Part shown: positions 1 to 12,555 of the stretch, piece after piece
Numbering within the stretch: the stretch's first letter is position 1
Layout of the letters: every line of letters starts with the position of its first letter
Sequence record: NC_007023.1
Reading direction: 5' to 3' (one strand)
Length of the DNA stretch: 64,000 bases
Source of the DNA: Escherichia phage RB43
Program-made: the position numbers and the translations under genes
Notes under the pieces: model-generated
Told to the model about the DNA's origin: nothing
What the model saw: the letters and a program-made list of their open reading frames with translations, nothing else
Database searches by the model: none

Positions 1-797
1 CGCTGTATGACGGCGGTGTTAAACTTAACGAAATCATCACCAACGTGTATAATGCGTTCGGTGATGTGCGTTTGCTGACTGCAAATGATGGTGTTGGTAC
101 AATGCTGCTTCATGCAACTGGATATTTCCAGAAGTTGCCAAGAACGTATTATTCAGCAAACCCGATCGAACTGGGTTCATTGCATGATATGGATACAGCA
201 ACAGGGCCAATTACGGTTGTTCTTCCGTCTGGTAAGGCTGGCGAAGGGTGCTATTTCATAAATAGTAACGGTAGTATTTCTGTTGATCGTCCTGTTGTAT
301 TTCGTCCTCAAGTAGGCGATAACATCAAAGGGGTTAAGGATCAGCTTTATATCACTTCTCCTTACACCCAGATTAAATTATGGTGTGTGAAGAAAGAAGG
401 TTCAGTAACCACATGGGATTATTCAGTCGAATCTATGTTCGGCTCTAAAACAATGCCCGTGGATACTACCAAACTAATTTTGAAAGCATCACCGACCGCA
501 ATTCCTTTATTCGGTTACAGTGAATTCAGCGGGGCTAAGTTGCTAGTATATGCTGAAAATATGACAGGTACAGTCAACAAAATGGCTGAACTTCTCCTGT
601 CTGTGGATCGTATCGCAAGGGGCGTATATTCTACGGAATATGCTGTACTGAAAAATAGCGATGATGACATGTATTCACTTACTTTCACTGTCGGTGCTGG
701 TGACATTGTATATGCAAACGTCCAATCGGTACTCGAAGATCGAATTAAGTTCTCGATTAAAGCGGTTGACACCATTAAATCAGGGATCGCAGCATGA
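1..797 (+). CDS. 9: baseplate wedge / tail-fibre connector protein gp9 (5' end cut by window edge)
   Basis: Frame is open to window start; translation (NAFGDVRLL...HATGYFQK...FINSNGSISV...SPYTQIKLWC) aligns with T4 gp9 as recalled; ATGA overlap with next gene. Confidence 0.85.
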   Translation, partial: LYDGGVKLNEIITNVYNAFGDVRLLTANDGVGTMLLHATGYFQKLPRTYYSANPIELGSLHDMDTATGPITVVLPSGKAGEGCYFINSNGSISVDRPVVFRPQVGDNIKGVKDQLYITSPYTQIKLWCVKKEGSVTTWDYSVESMFGSKTMPVDTTKLILKASPTAIPLFGYSEFSGAKLLVYAENMTGTVNKMAELLLSVDRIARGVYSTEYAVLKNSDDDMYSLTFTVGAGDIVYANVQSVLEDRIKFSIKAVDTIKSGIAA

Positions 798-2611
798 AAC
801 AAGAAATTATTATTGGTAACGTGGTTGATGATGGCGCTGGCGATTACTTACGCCGTGGTGGTCAGAAAACAAACGCGAACTTTACCGAACTATACGAAAA
901 GCTGGGTGATGGGGAGATCCCACACCCAGCGGGTGCATGGAAAACACATTCAGCACCGACTCTGAACCCGATTTTCGGTGATTCATGGGCGCTGAATACC
1001 AGCAACAACCGTATTACTGTAAACCTCCCTAAAGGCGGCGTAGGCGATTATAACAAGGTTATTCGTCTGCGTGACGTATGGAGTAAATGGGCTGTAAACA
1101 ACGTCCGTATTGTTCCTGCAACTGGTGATACCATCAAAGGATCACCAACTTACAAAGAACTGTACAAAGATTTCATGGATGTTGAGTTAGTTTATTGTGC
1201 GCCTGGTCGTTGGGAATATGTCGAAAACAAACAGGTTGACAAAATCACAACTTCCGATCTGGCTACTGTAGCAAAAGAAACATATATTGCTACACAAGGA
1301 CAGACAGATTTCCCGAATGTGTTTGGCCCTGGTAACTCGTACAACGTCCGTGCTCTGGAAGTTTACTATCGTGGTAACTTGCTGTACATCGACGACAAAA
1401 ACGGATTTGTTGAAGCAAACAGCGATTATGGTTCACCTGGTACAAACCCTGGAGAATTGATTGACCTTGATGGTACTAACATACGCCTTAAACGTCCGTG
1501 TAACGCTGGAGACACGCTTCAATTCGTAACCTATATGGATGGTATAGCGACATGGCGATCGACGTATGAGGCGCATACTATGCGCGTATACAACACGGGT
1601 GATACTGAACTGGTAAGCGTACCTGGTGAAATCTGGGTTGGCAACCTTGCAACCAAAAAAGAATTTACCACTGCTGAATTCGGGATCAGTTCTCGTGTAT
1701 TGATTAATCCGAACTCTTTCGAACTGCTGTTGAACGGTCGCCAACTTGTTAAAGCAGGTGACGCGGATCTTCCTACATTCGTGTGTGAAGGGGCAGAAGG
1801 TTATGATGAAGATAGCTGTTTAGCTAACTCCGGTGCGTGGGTTCCTTCTGGACAGGACTACAGTTTGATCTTTGTTGATTCCATTGTAACAGGTATCAAA
1901 TTCAGTCAACCTCTTGAAAGTCGCGATGTTGTTACGATCCGTTGGTTCAATAACGATATCGGAACTGTAATGGAATGGGAAGGTGTTGGCGGTATTAAAG
2001 AGCATACCGATAAAATCTATCTGAACAACGAAGAAGAGTTAACCCTAGTTGGACGGATTGAATATACCGACTATAACAACCCGTCGCAGAAAACGATGCG
2101 TAAAATTACGGAACCTTTCAGCGGTCGATTGCTGGATCTGCAAGCGTTTTTTGATGTGATTCATCCGATCGGGACGATCTACGAAAACGCGCATAACGAC
2201 GCAAACCCAGGCGAATACATGGGCTTCGGTATCTGGAAACGGTACGCAGAAGGTCAATTTATCGCTGGTTGGACAACTGATGCAGCAGATAGCGATTTTG
2301 GTTTAAACAACAACGATTTGGATGGTTCTGGACAGCCTACACACACAGCAGGTGGTTCTGGTGGTGAACGTGGTTATGAAATTCATCCGATCAACGTTCC
2401 ACAAATTGAATCAACCGATAAAGTTCTGATTAAGGACGACAACGGGATCATTATCATTGGTGGCTGTCAGGTTGACCCAGATGCAACAGGGCCAGGATAC
2501 ACTAAATACCGTGAGGATGTATTGAAAGTAAATCAGGGTAACACTACCCCAGATAAACTTAAAACGCTCCCTCCGTATATTACTGCACATCGCTGGATAA
2601 GGGTAGCATAA
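794..2611 (+). CDS. 10: baseplate wedge subunit / tail pin gp10
   Basis: 605 aa; N-terminus MKQEIIIGNVVDDGAGDYLRRGG and C-terminus PYITAHRWIRVA match T4 gp10 closely. Confidence 0.9.
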   Translation: MKQEIIIGNVVDDGAGDYLRRGGQKTNANFTELYEKLGDGEIPHPAGAWKTHSAPTLNPIFGDSWALNTSNNRITVNLPKGGVGDYNKVIRLRDVWSKWAVNNVRIVPATGDTIKGSPTYKELYKDFMDVELVYCAPGRWEYVENKQVDKITTSDLATVAKETYIATQGQTDFPNVFGPGNSYNVRALEVYYRGNLLYIDDKNGFVEANSDYGSPGTNPGELIDLDGTNIRLKRPCNAGDTLQFVTYMDGIATWRSTYEAHTMRVYNTGDTELVSVPGEIWVGNLATKKEFTTAEFGISSRVLINPNSFELLLNGRQLVKAGDADLPTFVCEGAEGYDEDSCLANSGAWVPSGQDYSLIFVDSIVTGIKFSQPLESRDVVTIRWFNNDIGTVMEWEGVGGIKEHTDKIYLNNEEELTLVGRIEYTDYNNPSQKTMRKITEPFSGRLLDLQAFFDVIHPIGTIYENAHNDANPGEYMGFGIWKRYAEGQFIAGWTTDAADSDFGLNNNDLDGSGQPTHTAGGSGGERGYEIHPINVPQIESTDKVLIKDDNGIIIIGGCQVDPDATGPGYTKYREDVLKVNQGNTTPDKLKTLPPYITAHRWIRVA

Positions 2612-3273
2612 TGACACAATTTATTTCAAAGACAAGGGAGGGGGCGAAAGTCCCTTCCCGTGAAGCAGACTTTTTGCAATATGAAATGGGTACTAAAGAC
2701 CCTCTTATCGGTGGTAAACGTACTATCGGTGGTGCAAACGTCGATCAGCTTCGTAAAGGGGTAGATTATCCCAACGTGCAATCAGCAATCGATGACCTGT
2801 ATACTCTGTCTCAACAGATCCCGATCAACGGGGTTATCATGATGACAGAAGACAGTCCTCCGACCGCTGTTCAGCAGGTAGAGACTATAACTTTTGATGG
2901 TACTGTACAAAACACAGATCCAGACCAGACAAAAGCAACAATTCATGTTTATGGATTCCCGTTCGTGTTCGATAACACAACGAACGCATCAACCGTATGC
3001 GAAACAGTCTACAACAAGTTTACTGAATTTGTCAATGACGAAAAATATTTCGATCTGGTAACTCGCAAGGGCTTGAACGGTGAAATTCTGGAAGTTCGGT
3101 TTATTGATTGTGTTCCGCATCCGGTAACAAATACTACTGAAAACGGAATATCTATGGTAGGAACAATCGATGTACAGGCACGATCTGGTTACGGTACGTG
3201 GTCGAAACTGGGTGAGGTGGATCTTGCTGTAACTCCGGCAGTTCCAATTTTCTACTTTAAACGTATTGCGTAA
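2611..3273 (+). CDS. 11: baseplate wedge subunit / tail pin gp11
   Basis: 220 aa ORF in the T4 gp11 position, start overlapping gp10 stop (ATAATG); size matches T4 gp11. Confidence 0.8.
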   Translation: MTQFISKTREGAKVPSREADFLQYEMGTKDPLIGGKRTIGGANVDQLRKGVDYPNVQSAIDDLYTLSQQIPINGVIMMTEDSPPTAVQQVETITFDGTVQNTDPDQTKATIHVYGFPFVFDNTTNASTVCETVYNKFTEFVNDEKYFDLVTRKGLNGEILEVRFIDCVPHPVTNTTENGISMVGTIDVQARSGYGTWSKLGEVDLAVTPAVPIFYFKRIA

Positions 3274-3282
3274 GGATAACCA

Positions 3283-4674
3283 ATGAGTAACAACACAATT
3301 AACCACGTAAGCGATGCGTCCGTTTACGTGACTTTTGATCCGGCAGGTACGCAATGGCCCTCGACTTTCGTCAACGTACAGCAAGCATTAGCCTCTATAG
3401 GCCCGTGGGCGCGTACTGATGTTGGTTTGCCTAACGCGGCTCCTGGTATGCGTGGTATTGCTGCTATTGCTACCGAGGCGATGATTGACGCAGGGACAGA
3501 CAACGAAACGATCGTTACTCCTGCATTGCTGGCATATCGTTTACAAAATCCTCATGCGTCACAAACCGTTTGGGGATATACCAAATACGCAACTGATGCG
3601 GAAGCGGTTGATGTCGCAAACGATCTGGTTTCATTAACTCCGCGTTCGATCAATGTGGTTTTCAATACCAGACACGCATCAGAAACCGTGTGGGGTTCTT
3701 CTAAACTGTCAACGACAGCACAGGCAACAGCGGGTACTGATGATACAACCTCAATGACACCATTGAAGGTAAAACAAGCAATCTCTGCTCTGGTTCCGGT
3801 ACAATCCAACGCAACAGAAAGCGCGTTCGGTTTGGTTCAGTTGGCTACGGTTTCAGAAGTCCGCGCGGGTACTATTCGCGACGGTTTCGCAATTTCACCG
3901 TATACGTTTATTCGTCTGAATGCAACAGAAAGCGATCTGGGTATTGTTCGCCTAGCAAGTCAGGCAGAAGTAAACGCAGGAACTGATGATACCAAAGCCG
4001 TTACCCCGTTAAAACTGGCTAACCTTAAAGGCTCCGGTGGTTCTTTCGGTTTGGTTAAATTATCAACAGAAGTAAACGCAGGGCTGGCTAACACTGCTCT
4101 TTCTGCGGGTGCTAACGTAGTACCGAGCAACCGTGACAGCGCTATCACTGGTGGTGCATTGTATCAGGGTTCAGTTGCTGCTGCTAATAAATACCAGACA
4201 CATAGCGATATCGAAGCATCGTTACCGATTGGCTGTATGATGATGGCTGCATTTAACTCCGATTACGGAAACCTGTGTATTGCCAACGGTCGCGGGATGT
4301 ATACATACGAATACCCTGAACTGTTTGCACTTATAGGTTATACGTATGGCGGTAGTGGTAACATTTTCAACCTTCCCGATATGCGAGGCGTGGTTGCTCG
4401 TGGATTTGATGCGGGACGTGGTTTAGACCCAGGTCGCGGTTTTGGTACATACCAGCATCACGAAGTACAGTCACATGAACACCCTCTGCAAATGATCTAT
4501 CAGTCTGGTGGTAACTTACCATCATGGCAGTGTGTTTATGAACTGCGTACTGCGGAGAAAAACGACCAGCAATTATACTGGCCTGATCCTTCACTCAGTA
4601 AAGCAATGGCTGTTGGCGGCAACGAAACGCGAATGAAGAACCTTGCGATCAACTATGTAATTCGAGTACGATAA
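3283..4674 (+). CDS. 12: short tail fibre protein gp12
   Basis: 463 aa; position after gp11; repeated ...A(T/G)TDDT..VTP(L/A)K... motifs typical of T4 gp12/gp34 fibre repeats; C-terminal His-rich receptor-binding-like region. Confidence 0.8.
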   Translation: MSNNTINHVSDASVYVTFDPAGTQWPSTFVNVQQALASIGPWARTDVGLPNAAPGMRGIAAIATEAMIDAGTDNETIVTPALLAYRLQNPHASQTVWGYTKYATDAEAVDVANDLVSLTPRSINVVFNTRHASETVWGSSKLSTTAQATAGTDDTTSMTPLKVKQAISALVPVQSNATESAFGLVQLATVSEVRAGTIRDGFAISPYTFIRLNATESDLGIVRLASQAEVNAGTDDTKAVTPLKLANLKGSGGSFGLVKLSTEVNAGLANTALSAGANVVPSNRDSAITGGALYQGSVAAANKYQTHSDIEASLPIGCMMMAAFNSDYGNLCIANGRGMYTYEYPELFALIGYTYGGSGNIFNLPDMRGVVARGFDAGRGLDPGRGFGTYQHHEVQSHEHPLQMIYQSGGNLPSWQCVYELRTAEKNDQQLYWPDPSLSKAMAVGGNETRMKNLAINYVIRVR

Positions 4675-4686
4675 AGGGGTTAATCC

Positions 4687-6975
4687 ATGATTTCAAAACT
4701 TAACCCGTTACCAAAGATCCCGTTTGTTGATGGTGTCCCTTCGGACACCACACAAACCCCGATCAACTGGATAATTAACGGCGAAACTCTCGATGGTGCT
4801 AAAACCAAAGTCACTAACGAGGGTTCTTTAAACAGGTGCGGTGTTCTGGTACAAAAGAACGCGGTGCAATTAGAAACCAACACCATTACACAGACTGCAA
4901 AAATCAACGAAGTTATCGATCAGGTTAACCTCATTAGTGAAAACCTCGCGGCTATTTCTGATGAAAGCGTGATTGACAAACTGGATCAGGTTGTTGCTGA
5001 TGTAGAAGTGTTGAAAGTTGATATGACTGCGGTTCAAGGTTCTACTGCAAGCAATACCCTGAAAATCCAGGATCTCGATAAAGAGATCGGGACGTGGGAC
5101 GCTTCAACAGATCCTAAACACCGTACCATTCGAAAAGATATTATTTTCCTGAAAGGGGAAATGGGTGCGTACCCTGGGTTTAACGAAAACGGCGACGTAG
5201 ATCCGACATCAACGGGTTCCGGCATGAAATACAAAATCATGACGAACGCGCAAGCGATTTCGATTCATGAAGGACGTATTACGCGCCTTGAAGATGATTG
5301 GGCTAACTCAGACGTAGGTCATTTAACTGATGAAGTAACCGATCTGCGTAACGAAATGGGGCCAAAACATTTAGCGACATTTGAATCTGTATATGTTCGC
5401 CTGAACACTATCGGTACTGAGATCACTGGTATCAATTCCGAACTAACCAGCATCAACCAATATATCGGTCGTACTGGCACGGGTGGAACTGGTAGTATTT
5501 CTGCGCGTATGACTACGGCAGAATCGAATATCGCAACCCTGCAAACGCAGATGAATGATTCTGCTACTGGTGTATTACCTCGCGTAATTTCTTTGGAAAA
5601 TGCTGTCGGTAACTCTCAGATCCCTGGTAGTATTCGTTACGACATCAGCGCAATCAAACGTGACATCGGTGATATCAACATGATCGTCGGTGAATCAAGC
5701 GATGATGGTCTTCGTGGGGAAATGGCTCAGGTTATGACCGATATCGGTACTGATTCACAGCCTACGAGCATCAAAGGCCGTTTGCTGAACGTTGAGAACA
5801 CCCAACGTGACGATCATCAGAAACTGATTGACGTTGAATCTGTTGTTGGTAATACTTCAAGTGGACTCGTTGCGGCTAATATCGCGATGGGTAAAGCTGT
5901 TTACGGTGATGCAACGAGTTCTGATCCATTCCTGAAAGACGGTATTCAGAAAACAGCGCGTGACAGTAAAGCGGCTATCGGTGTAAACACAACCGGATCT
6001 GAAACAGGGATCTATAAACTGATTTCGGATTTGACTGCTCGTGTTGCTGCACTTGAAAGCGGTACTGGTGGCGAACTTGAACAACGTGTTTCTGATTTGG
6101 AAACCAATAAAGCATCGCATCAGGACGTTGCAAACGCATTGGTTCCGTATATTACCGAAGCGGAAGCAGATGTTAAGTACGAACCGAAGAAAATTCCGTT
6201 ATCGTTTACGCAAAACCTTGTTGGGCGTGGCGATTATATCGAAGGTGATGACATTTCTTTCATGGTTACGGTAACAGGTGGTAAACTGCCTTATGTCTAC
6301 CAGTGGAAGAAAGGAACCGCTGATGTAGGTACTAACGCATCGAGCATTCTGATCCAAAGCATTACCTCTGCCGACGCTGGCGTGTATAAAGTTGTTGTTA
6401 CCGATGCAGACAACACCGTAATTACTTCTGACGAAGTGACGGTTGCTGTTTATCCGGTTCCTCAGTTTGATACTAACCTGGCTGACAAATCGGTGGTTGA
6501 CGGTGATCCTCTGACTCTGGAAGTTGTATACAGCGGTGGTAAACCTCCGTACACTTACGAATGGTTCAAAGATAACTCTGTTATCTCTGGGGAAACATCA
6601 GCAACATTTACCAAATCTGCTGTTACAAGCGCTGATGCTGGTGAATACTATGTTTCTGTAACTGACGCAATGAACAACCAAAACGATTCAGTGAAAGCAA
6701 CCGTGACTGTAACACCTCGTCCGGCTCTTGCATTCACTACGGATCTGAGTGCTACTAAATCATACAGCACAGGTGCTAACATGGATCTTGCTGTTGTCGT
6801 GACTGGTGGTAAAACACCATATACGTATAAATGGTTTAAAGACACTGCGGAAATTTCCGGTCAGACAGGTGCAAGCCTTACCACTGTAGCAGAAGATGGG
6901 GTGTATAAAGTCGAAGTGACGGATGCACTAACGACTAAAATCACATCAACTGAATGCACGGTAACTGTGGCATAA
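4687..6975 (+). CDS. wac: fibritin (whisker/neck fibre, wac) with atypical C-terminal triple Ig-like array
   Basis: N-terminus (PFVDGVPSD...INWIINGETLDGA) matches T4 fibritin; long heptad-rich middle; last ~255 aa form three ~85-aa Ig-like repeats (GGK.PY.Y.W.K...SADAGVYKV.VTD); no foldon-like sequence. Confidence 0.8.
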   Translation: MISKLNPLPKIPFVDGVPSDTTQTPINWIINGETLDGAKTKVTNEGSLNRCGVLVQKNAVQLETNTITQTAKINEVIDQVNLISENLAAISDESVIDKLDQVVADVEVLKVDMTAVQGSTASNTLKIQDLDKEIGTWDASTDPKHRTIRKDIIFLKGEMGAYPGFNENGDVDPTSTGSGMKYKIMTNAQAISIHEGRITRLEDDWANSDVGHLTDEVTDLRNEMGPKHLATFESVYVRLNTIGTEITGINSELTSINQYIGRTGTGGTGSISARMTTAESNIATLQTQMNDSATGVLPRVISLENAVGNSQIPGSIRYDISAIKRDIGDINMIVGESSDDGLRGEMAQVMTDIGTDSQPTSIKGRLLNVENTQRDDHQKLIDVESVVGNTSSGLVAANIAMGKAVYGDATSSDPFLKDGIQKTARDSKAAIGVNTTGSETGIYKLISDLTARVAALESGTGGELEQRVSDLETNKASHQDVANALVPYITEAEADVKYEPKKIPLSFTQNLVGRGDYIEGDDISFMVTVTGGKLPYVYQWKKGTADVGTNASSILIQSITSADAGVYKVVVTDADNTVITSDEVTVAVYPVPQFDTNLADKSVVDGDPLTLEVVYSGGKPPYTYEWFKDNSVISGETSATFTKSAVTSADAGEYYVSVTDAMNNQNDSVKATVTVTPRPALAFTTDLSATKSYSTGANMDLAVVVTGGKTPYTYKWFKDTAEISGQTGASLTTVAEDGVYKVEVTDALTTKITSTECTVTVA

Positions 6976-6982
6976 TTTAACA

Positions 6983-7001
6983 AGGGGCGCAAGCCCCTTT
7001 T
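6983..7001 (+). terminator. rho-independent terminator after wac
   Basis: GC hairpin AGGGGCGCAAGCCCCT followed by TTTT. Confidence 0.6.
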
Positions 7002-7010
7002 GAGGATCAT

Positions 7011-7934
7011 ATGATTACGAACAATCCTGAACAATTGAAGGATGAAATTCTTCGTCGTCTGGGCGCACCAATCATCAAAATCGAAATCACACAAGACCAG
7101 ATTTACGATTGCATTCAACGCGCACTGGATCTGTATGCGGAATATCACTACAACGGAACAAACAAAAGTTACATTATCCTTACGTTAGGCGAAGACAACC
7201 CGCGAAACGTATTTGATTTGAGTAAAGAACATATTTTCGCGGTTACAAAAGTATTGCGTACAAATATCGGTTCATTGGTTTCTATGGACGGTACAGCGGT
7301 TTATCCGTGGTTTACTGATTTCCTGATGGGGCTTACTGGTGGTTCTCTGGGCGGTCGCTGTGCATCAAGCGTGTACGGTATGAATGCATATGGCGCGGAT
7401 CTGGGGTATTTTACACAGATGATGTCATATCAACGTTCAATGCAAGAGTTGCTGGCTCCATTACCTGATTACTGGTACAACGATGACACTGGTCAGTTTT
7501 GTGTATGGGGTAAAGTCAACAACGGTGATATTATTGTCATTGAAGTGATGGTAAGATCCTTTGTCGATGTTCCTAGTGCCGTAGGAAGCGTTGCAGGATA
7601 CGCTACAGCGGGTTCTAACGCAGTAGAAGACCAATCCATAGCCGACATCTACGATAACCCGTATAACGCGGTTGTGGGCGGTGTACGAGCGGGACAGGGT
7701 ACAACTGTTACTGGTGGAACCTCTGCATATAACAACCGTTGGGTAAAAGACTACTCAACCGCGCTGGTAAAAGAAATCAACGGGCAAATTCTGGCTAAGT
7801 TTCAGGGTATGCAATTGCCTGGTGGTGTTGCTCCAGATGGAACACGACTGATTCAGGAAGCGGAAACCAAATTACAAGGATTGCGCGACGAACTGATTTC
7901 TATGTCTGACGCAGTTCCTATTATTATGGTGTAG
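7011..7934 (+). CDS. 13: neck protein gp13
   Basis: 307 aa; ...LGAPII.IE.T.DQIYDCIQRALDLY...NNRWVKDY..AL.KE.NGQILA... matches T4 gp13. Confidence 0.9.
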   Translation: MITNNPEQLKDEILRRLGAPIIKIEITQDQIYDCIQRALDLYAEYHYNGTNKSYIILTLGEDNPRNVFDLSKEHIFAVTKVLRTNIGSLVSMDGTAVYPWFTDFLMGLTGGSLGGRCASSVYGMNAYGADLGYFTQMMSYQRSMQELLAPLPDYWYNDDTGQFCVWGKVNNGDIIVIEVMVRSFVDVPSAVGSVAGYATAGSNAVEDQSIADIYDNPYNAVVGGVRAGQGTTVTGGTSAYNNRWVKDYSTALVKEINGQILAKFQGMQLPGGVAPDGTRLIQEAETKLQGLRDELISMSDAVPIIMV

Positions 7935-7942
7935 GGGGAATA

Positions 7943-8689
7943 ATGCAAAACTGGGATGAAAGTTTATTCGCTCAGTTGTCAACGGGGGAGGGAGTCGATC
8001 GCAACTTAAAGGATCAAGTCACTAACCCGTATGTAAACTGGTACAAATATAACCCAACACAACAGCTACATGATTCACTTACAGCAGAATCAATCCAGAT
8101 GAAATCACCTGATATGTATTATGTCAGACGTGAATTTGTGAATATAGATAAAATTCTGGGTGAAGACCGAGAGTCTAAATTCACGAAATCGTGGAAGATC
8201 GCTGCATATATTGAATCATATGCTAACTATGAAGGACAGCGGGACTTCTTTAGCAAATTCGGGTTGAGTTCTAACGACGAAATGACGCTGGTACTAAATC
8301 CGCGTTTATTTGCACATCAAACTGATGGTGGTATTCCGGTGCTGGGGGATTTGGTTTATTTCCCAATGGATAACAGCTTGTTTGAAATTACATGGGTGGA
8401 AGCAGATCCGTTCTATCAGTTCGGTGATCGTCCTCAACGTAAAATCAACCTGGCTAAATTCATCTACACGGGCGAAGAATTGGCTCCTGAATTGCAGCGA
8501 AACGAAGGAATCCATATCGAACCTGATGCAGAACTGGATCTTGAACCTATTCGAAATCTTGACGGGCTGGCAGATATTAACATTGAACAGTACGAAGAAG
8601 ACAAAGAATTTGAAAGAGAAGGTGACGAGTTTATCGAATCTTTTGATGTTGTCAACGGTCGCGGTTCTCCGTTTGCTACACTGCCCTAA
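7943..8689 (+). CDS. 14: neck protein gp14
   Basis: 248 aa ORF directly after gp13 in T4 order; good RBS (GGGGGAATAATG). Confidence 0.8.
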   Translation: MQNWDESLFAQLSTGEGVDRNLKDQVTNPYVNWYKYNPTQQLHDSLTAESIQMKSPDMYYVRREFVNIDKILGEDRESKFTKSWKIAAYIESYANYEGQRDFFSKFGLSSNDEMTLVLNPRLFAHQTDGGIPVLGDLVYFPMDNSLFEITWVEADPFYQFGDRPQRKINLAKFIYTGEELAPELQRNEGIHIEPDAELDLEPIRNLDGLADINIEQYEEDKEFEREGDEFIESFDVVNGRGSPFATLP

Positions 8690-8761
8690 ATACAAATAGG
8701 GGAAACCCTATATATGTTGGGGTGTATGGTGAAAACCTGCACCCGATTCAAAGAGGATCTT

Positions 8762-9376
8762 ATGATATACACAAAACTTAAAGAATGGTTGCCTCATGAT
8801 CTATACGTTGAGTATGTTGATATCATAACGGCTTCACCAAAAACAGAATACACAGAAAAACATCATATATTACCACGATCGCTATTTCCTGAATTTGAAA
8901 ACGACCCAGACAACTTAGTAGAACTTGATGTGATGAAGCATTTGATGGCTCATAGGACATTAGCAAAAACCAATGACCATAAAATGATTCTCGCGTTTTT
9001 CATGATGTTCACCTACGAACATAAACGTTATTCTACATTGTCAGAACAGGAACAACAATTTATTCTTGAAGAAAAGACAAAAGCCCGTGAAGCAATGCGT
9101 GTTGTTAAAAAAGAACAGATGAAAGGTAAATATGATGGTGAAAACAACCCATTTTACGGAAAACGACATACTGATGAATTTAAGAAAATGATGGGTTCTG
9201 TGCATAAAGGTAAGAAGTTATCACCAGAACATTTAGCAAATCTCGTTGCCGCACACAAAGGCAAAAAACGAGAAAAAGTAAAATGCCCCCATTGTGGGAT
9301 AATGTGCGCCGCTAATACAGCAAAGCGCTGGCACTTCGATAACTGTAAGTCTGGACTTGTCCAGCAGGGGGATTAG
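8762..9376 (+). CDS. free-standing HNH homing endonuclease with NUMOD-like repeats (start could be upstream ATG 8714)
   Basis: HHILPRSLFPEF...NLVELDVMKHLMAH HNH motif plus repeated NPFYGKRHT / GKKLSPEHL / GKKREK NUMOD3-like motifs; RBS AGAGGA before ATG 8762; sits between gp14 and gp15 where T4 has no gene. Confidence 0.75.
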   Translation: MIYTKLKEWLPHDLYVEYVDIITASPKTEYTEKHHILPRSLFPEFENDPDNLVELDVMKHLMAHRTLAKTNDHKMILAFFMMFTYEHKRYSTLSEQEQQFILEEKTKAREAMRVVKKEQMKGKYDGENNPFYGKRHTDEFKKMMGSVHKGKKLSPEHLANLVAAHKGKKREKVKCPHCGIMCAANTAKRWHFDNCKSGLVQQGD

Positions 9377-9427
9377 AAAATTTTCGGATATTGGTATAAT
9401 AGTTCGCTGCGTAACTATATCGTTCTT

Positions 9428-10203
9428 ATGGGACAATTGTTTAACCATGTTCAAGTTAAACGAGTGCGTGGCGAACAAGAAAAATTCATTAAGGTTCCGA
9501 TTACCTATGCTTCAAAAGAGAAGTTTCTCGCTTCCATGAACAAACTCAACTACACGTTGAGTCAGGAAAACGTAGCGAAAACGGAAACCATTTTACCGCG
9601 AATGAATCTATCACTGGTGGACCTGCAATATAACGCAATTCGTAAAACCAGTATCGCGGTTAACCAGAAAATGTCGCAGTTACAAGCACCGCGTAAAACG
9701 ATCACACAGTTTAACCCTGTGCCATATCGTCTAATCTTTGAACTGGGTGTGTACACTCGTTACGAAGACGATATGTTTCAGATCGCAGAACAGATTTTGC
9801 CTTATTTTCAACCGCATTTCAACTGCAAGATTACCGAACTGCATAAGAACGAAATCAAAGTTGACCGAGACATCAAAATTAGTCTCCAATCGGTTGCACC
9901 AGATACAACGTTTGAAGGTGATGTTACCCAGCGCCGACACGTTGAATGGTCTTTCATGTTTGAATTACAGGGTTATCTGTACCCGCCTGTGACTGATGTC
10001 AAAGGTGAAATCAGAACAGTATACACGGATTTCTTTGCAAATATGAACCCACTGGACAAGGATAACTTTGAATCAGTGGACAGTCAAGCAGATCCGGTTG
10101 ATTTACCGCTTCAAGATTATACAGGCGAAGAATACATTCAGACTTATTCGCGCAACACGCCGATCCCGTCTGGTGATGAACCTCCGAAGCCGAGGGGAAC
10201 ATA

Positions 10204-10204
<1 letters not shown>
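9428..10204 (+). CDS. 15: tail sheath stabiliser / completion protein gp15 (first ATG; conserved N-terminus continues upstream to 9380)
   Basis: Matches T4 gp15 (FIKVPITYASKE...ILPR.NL.LVD...YEDDMFQIAEQILPYFQPHFN...PPKPRGT); 17 further conserved codons upstream lack ATG/GTG/TTG (see finding). Confidence 0.85.
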
Positions 10205-12538
<2,334 letters not shown>

Positions 12539-12555
12539 ATTAGAGGAAATCTATA

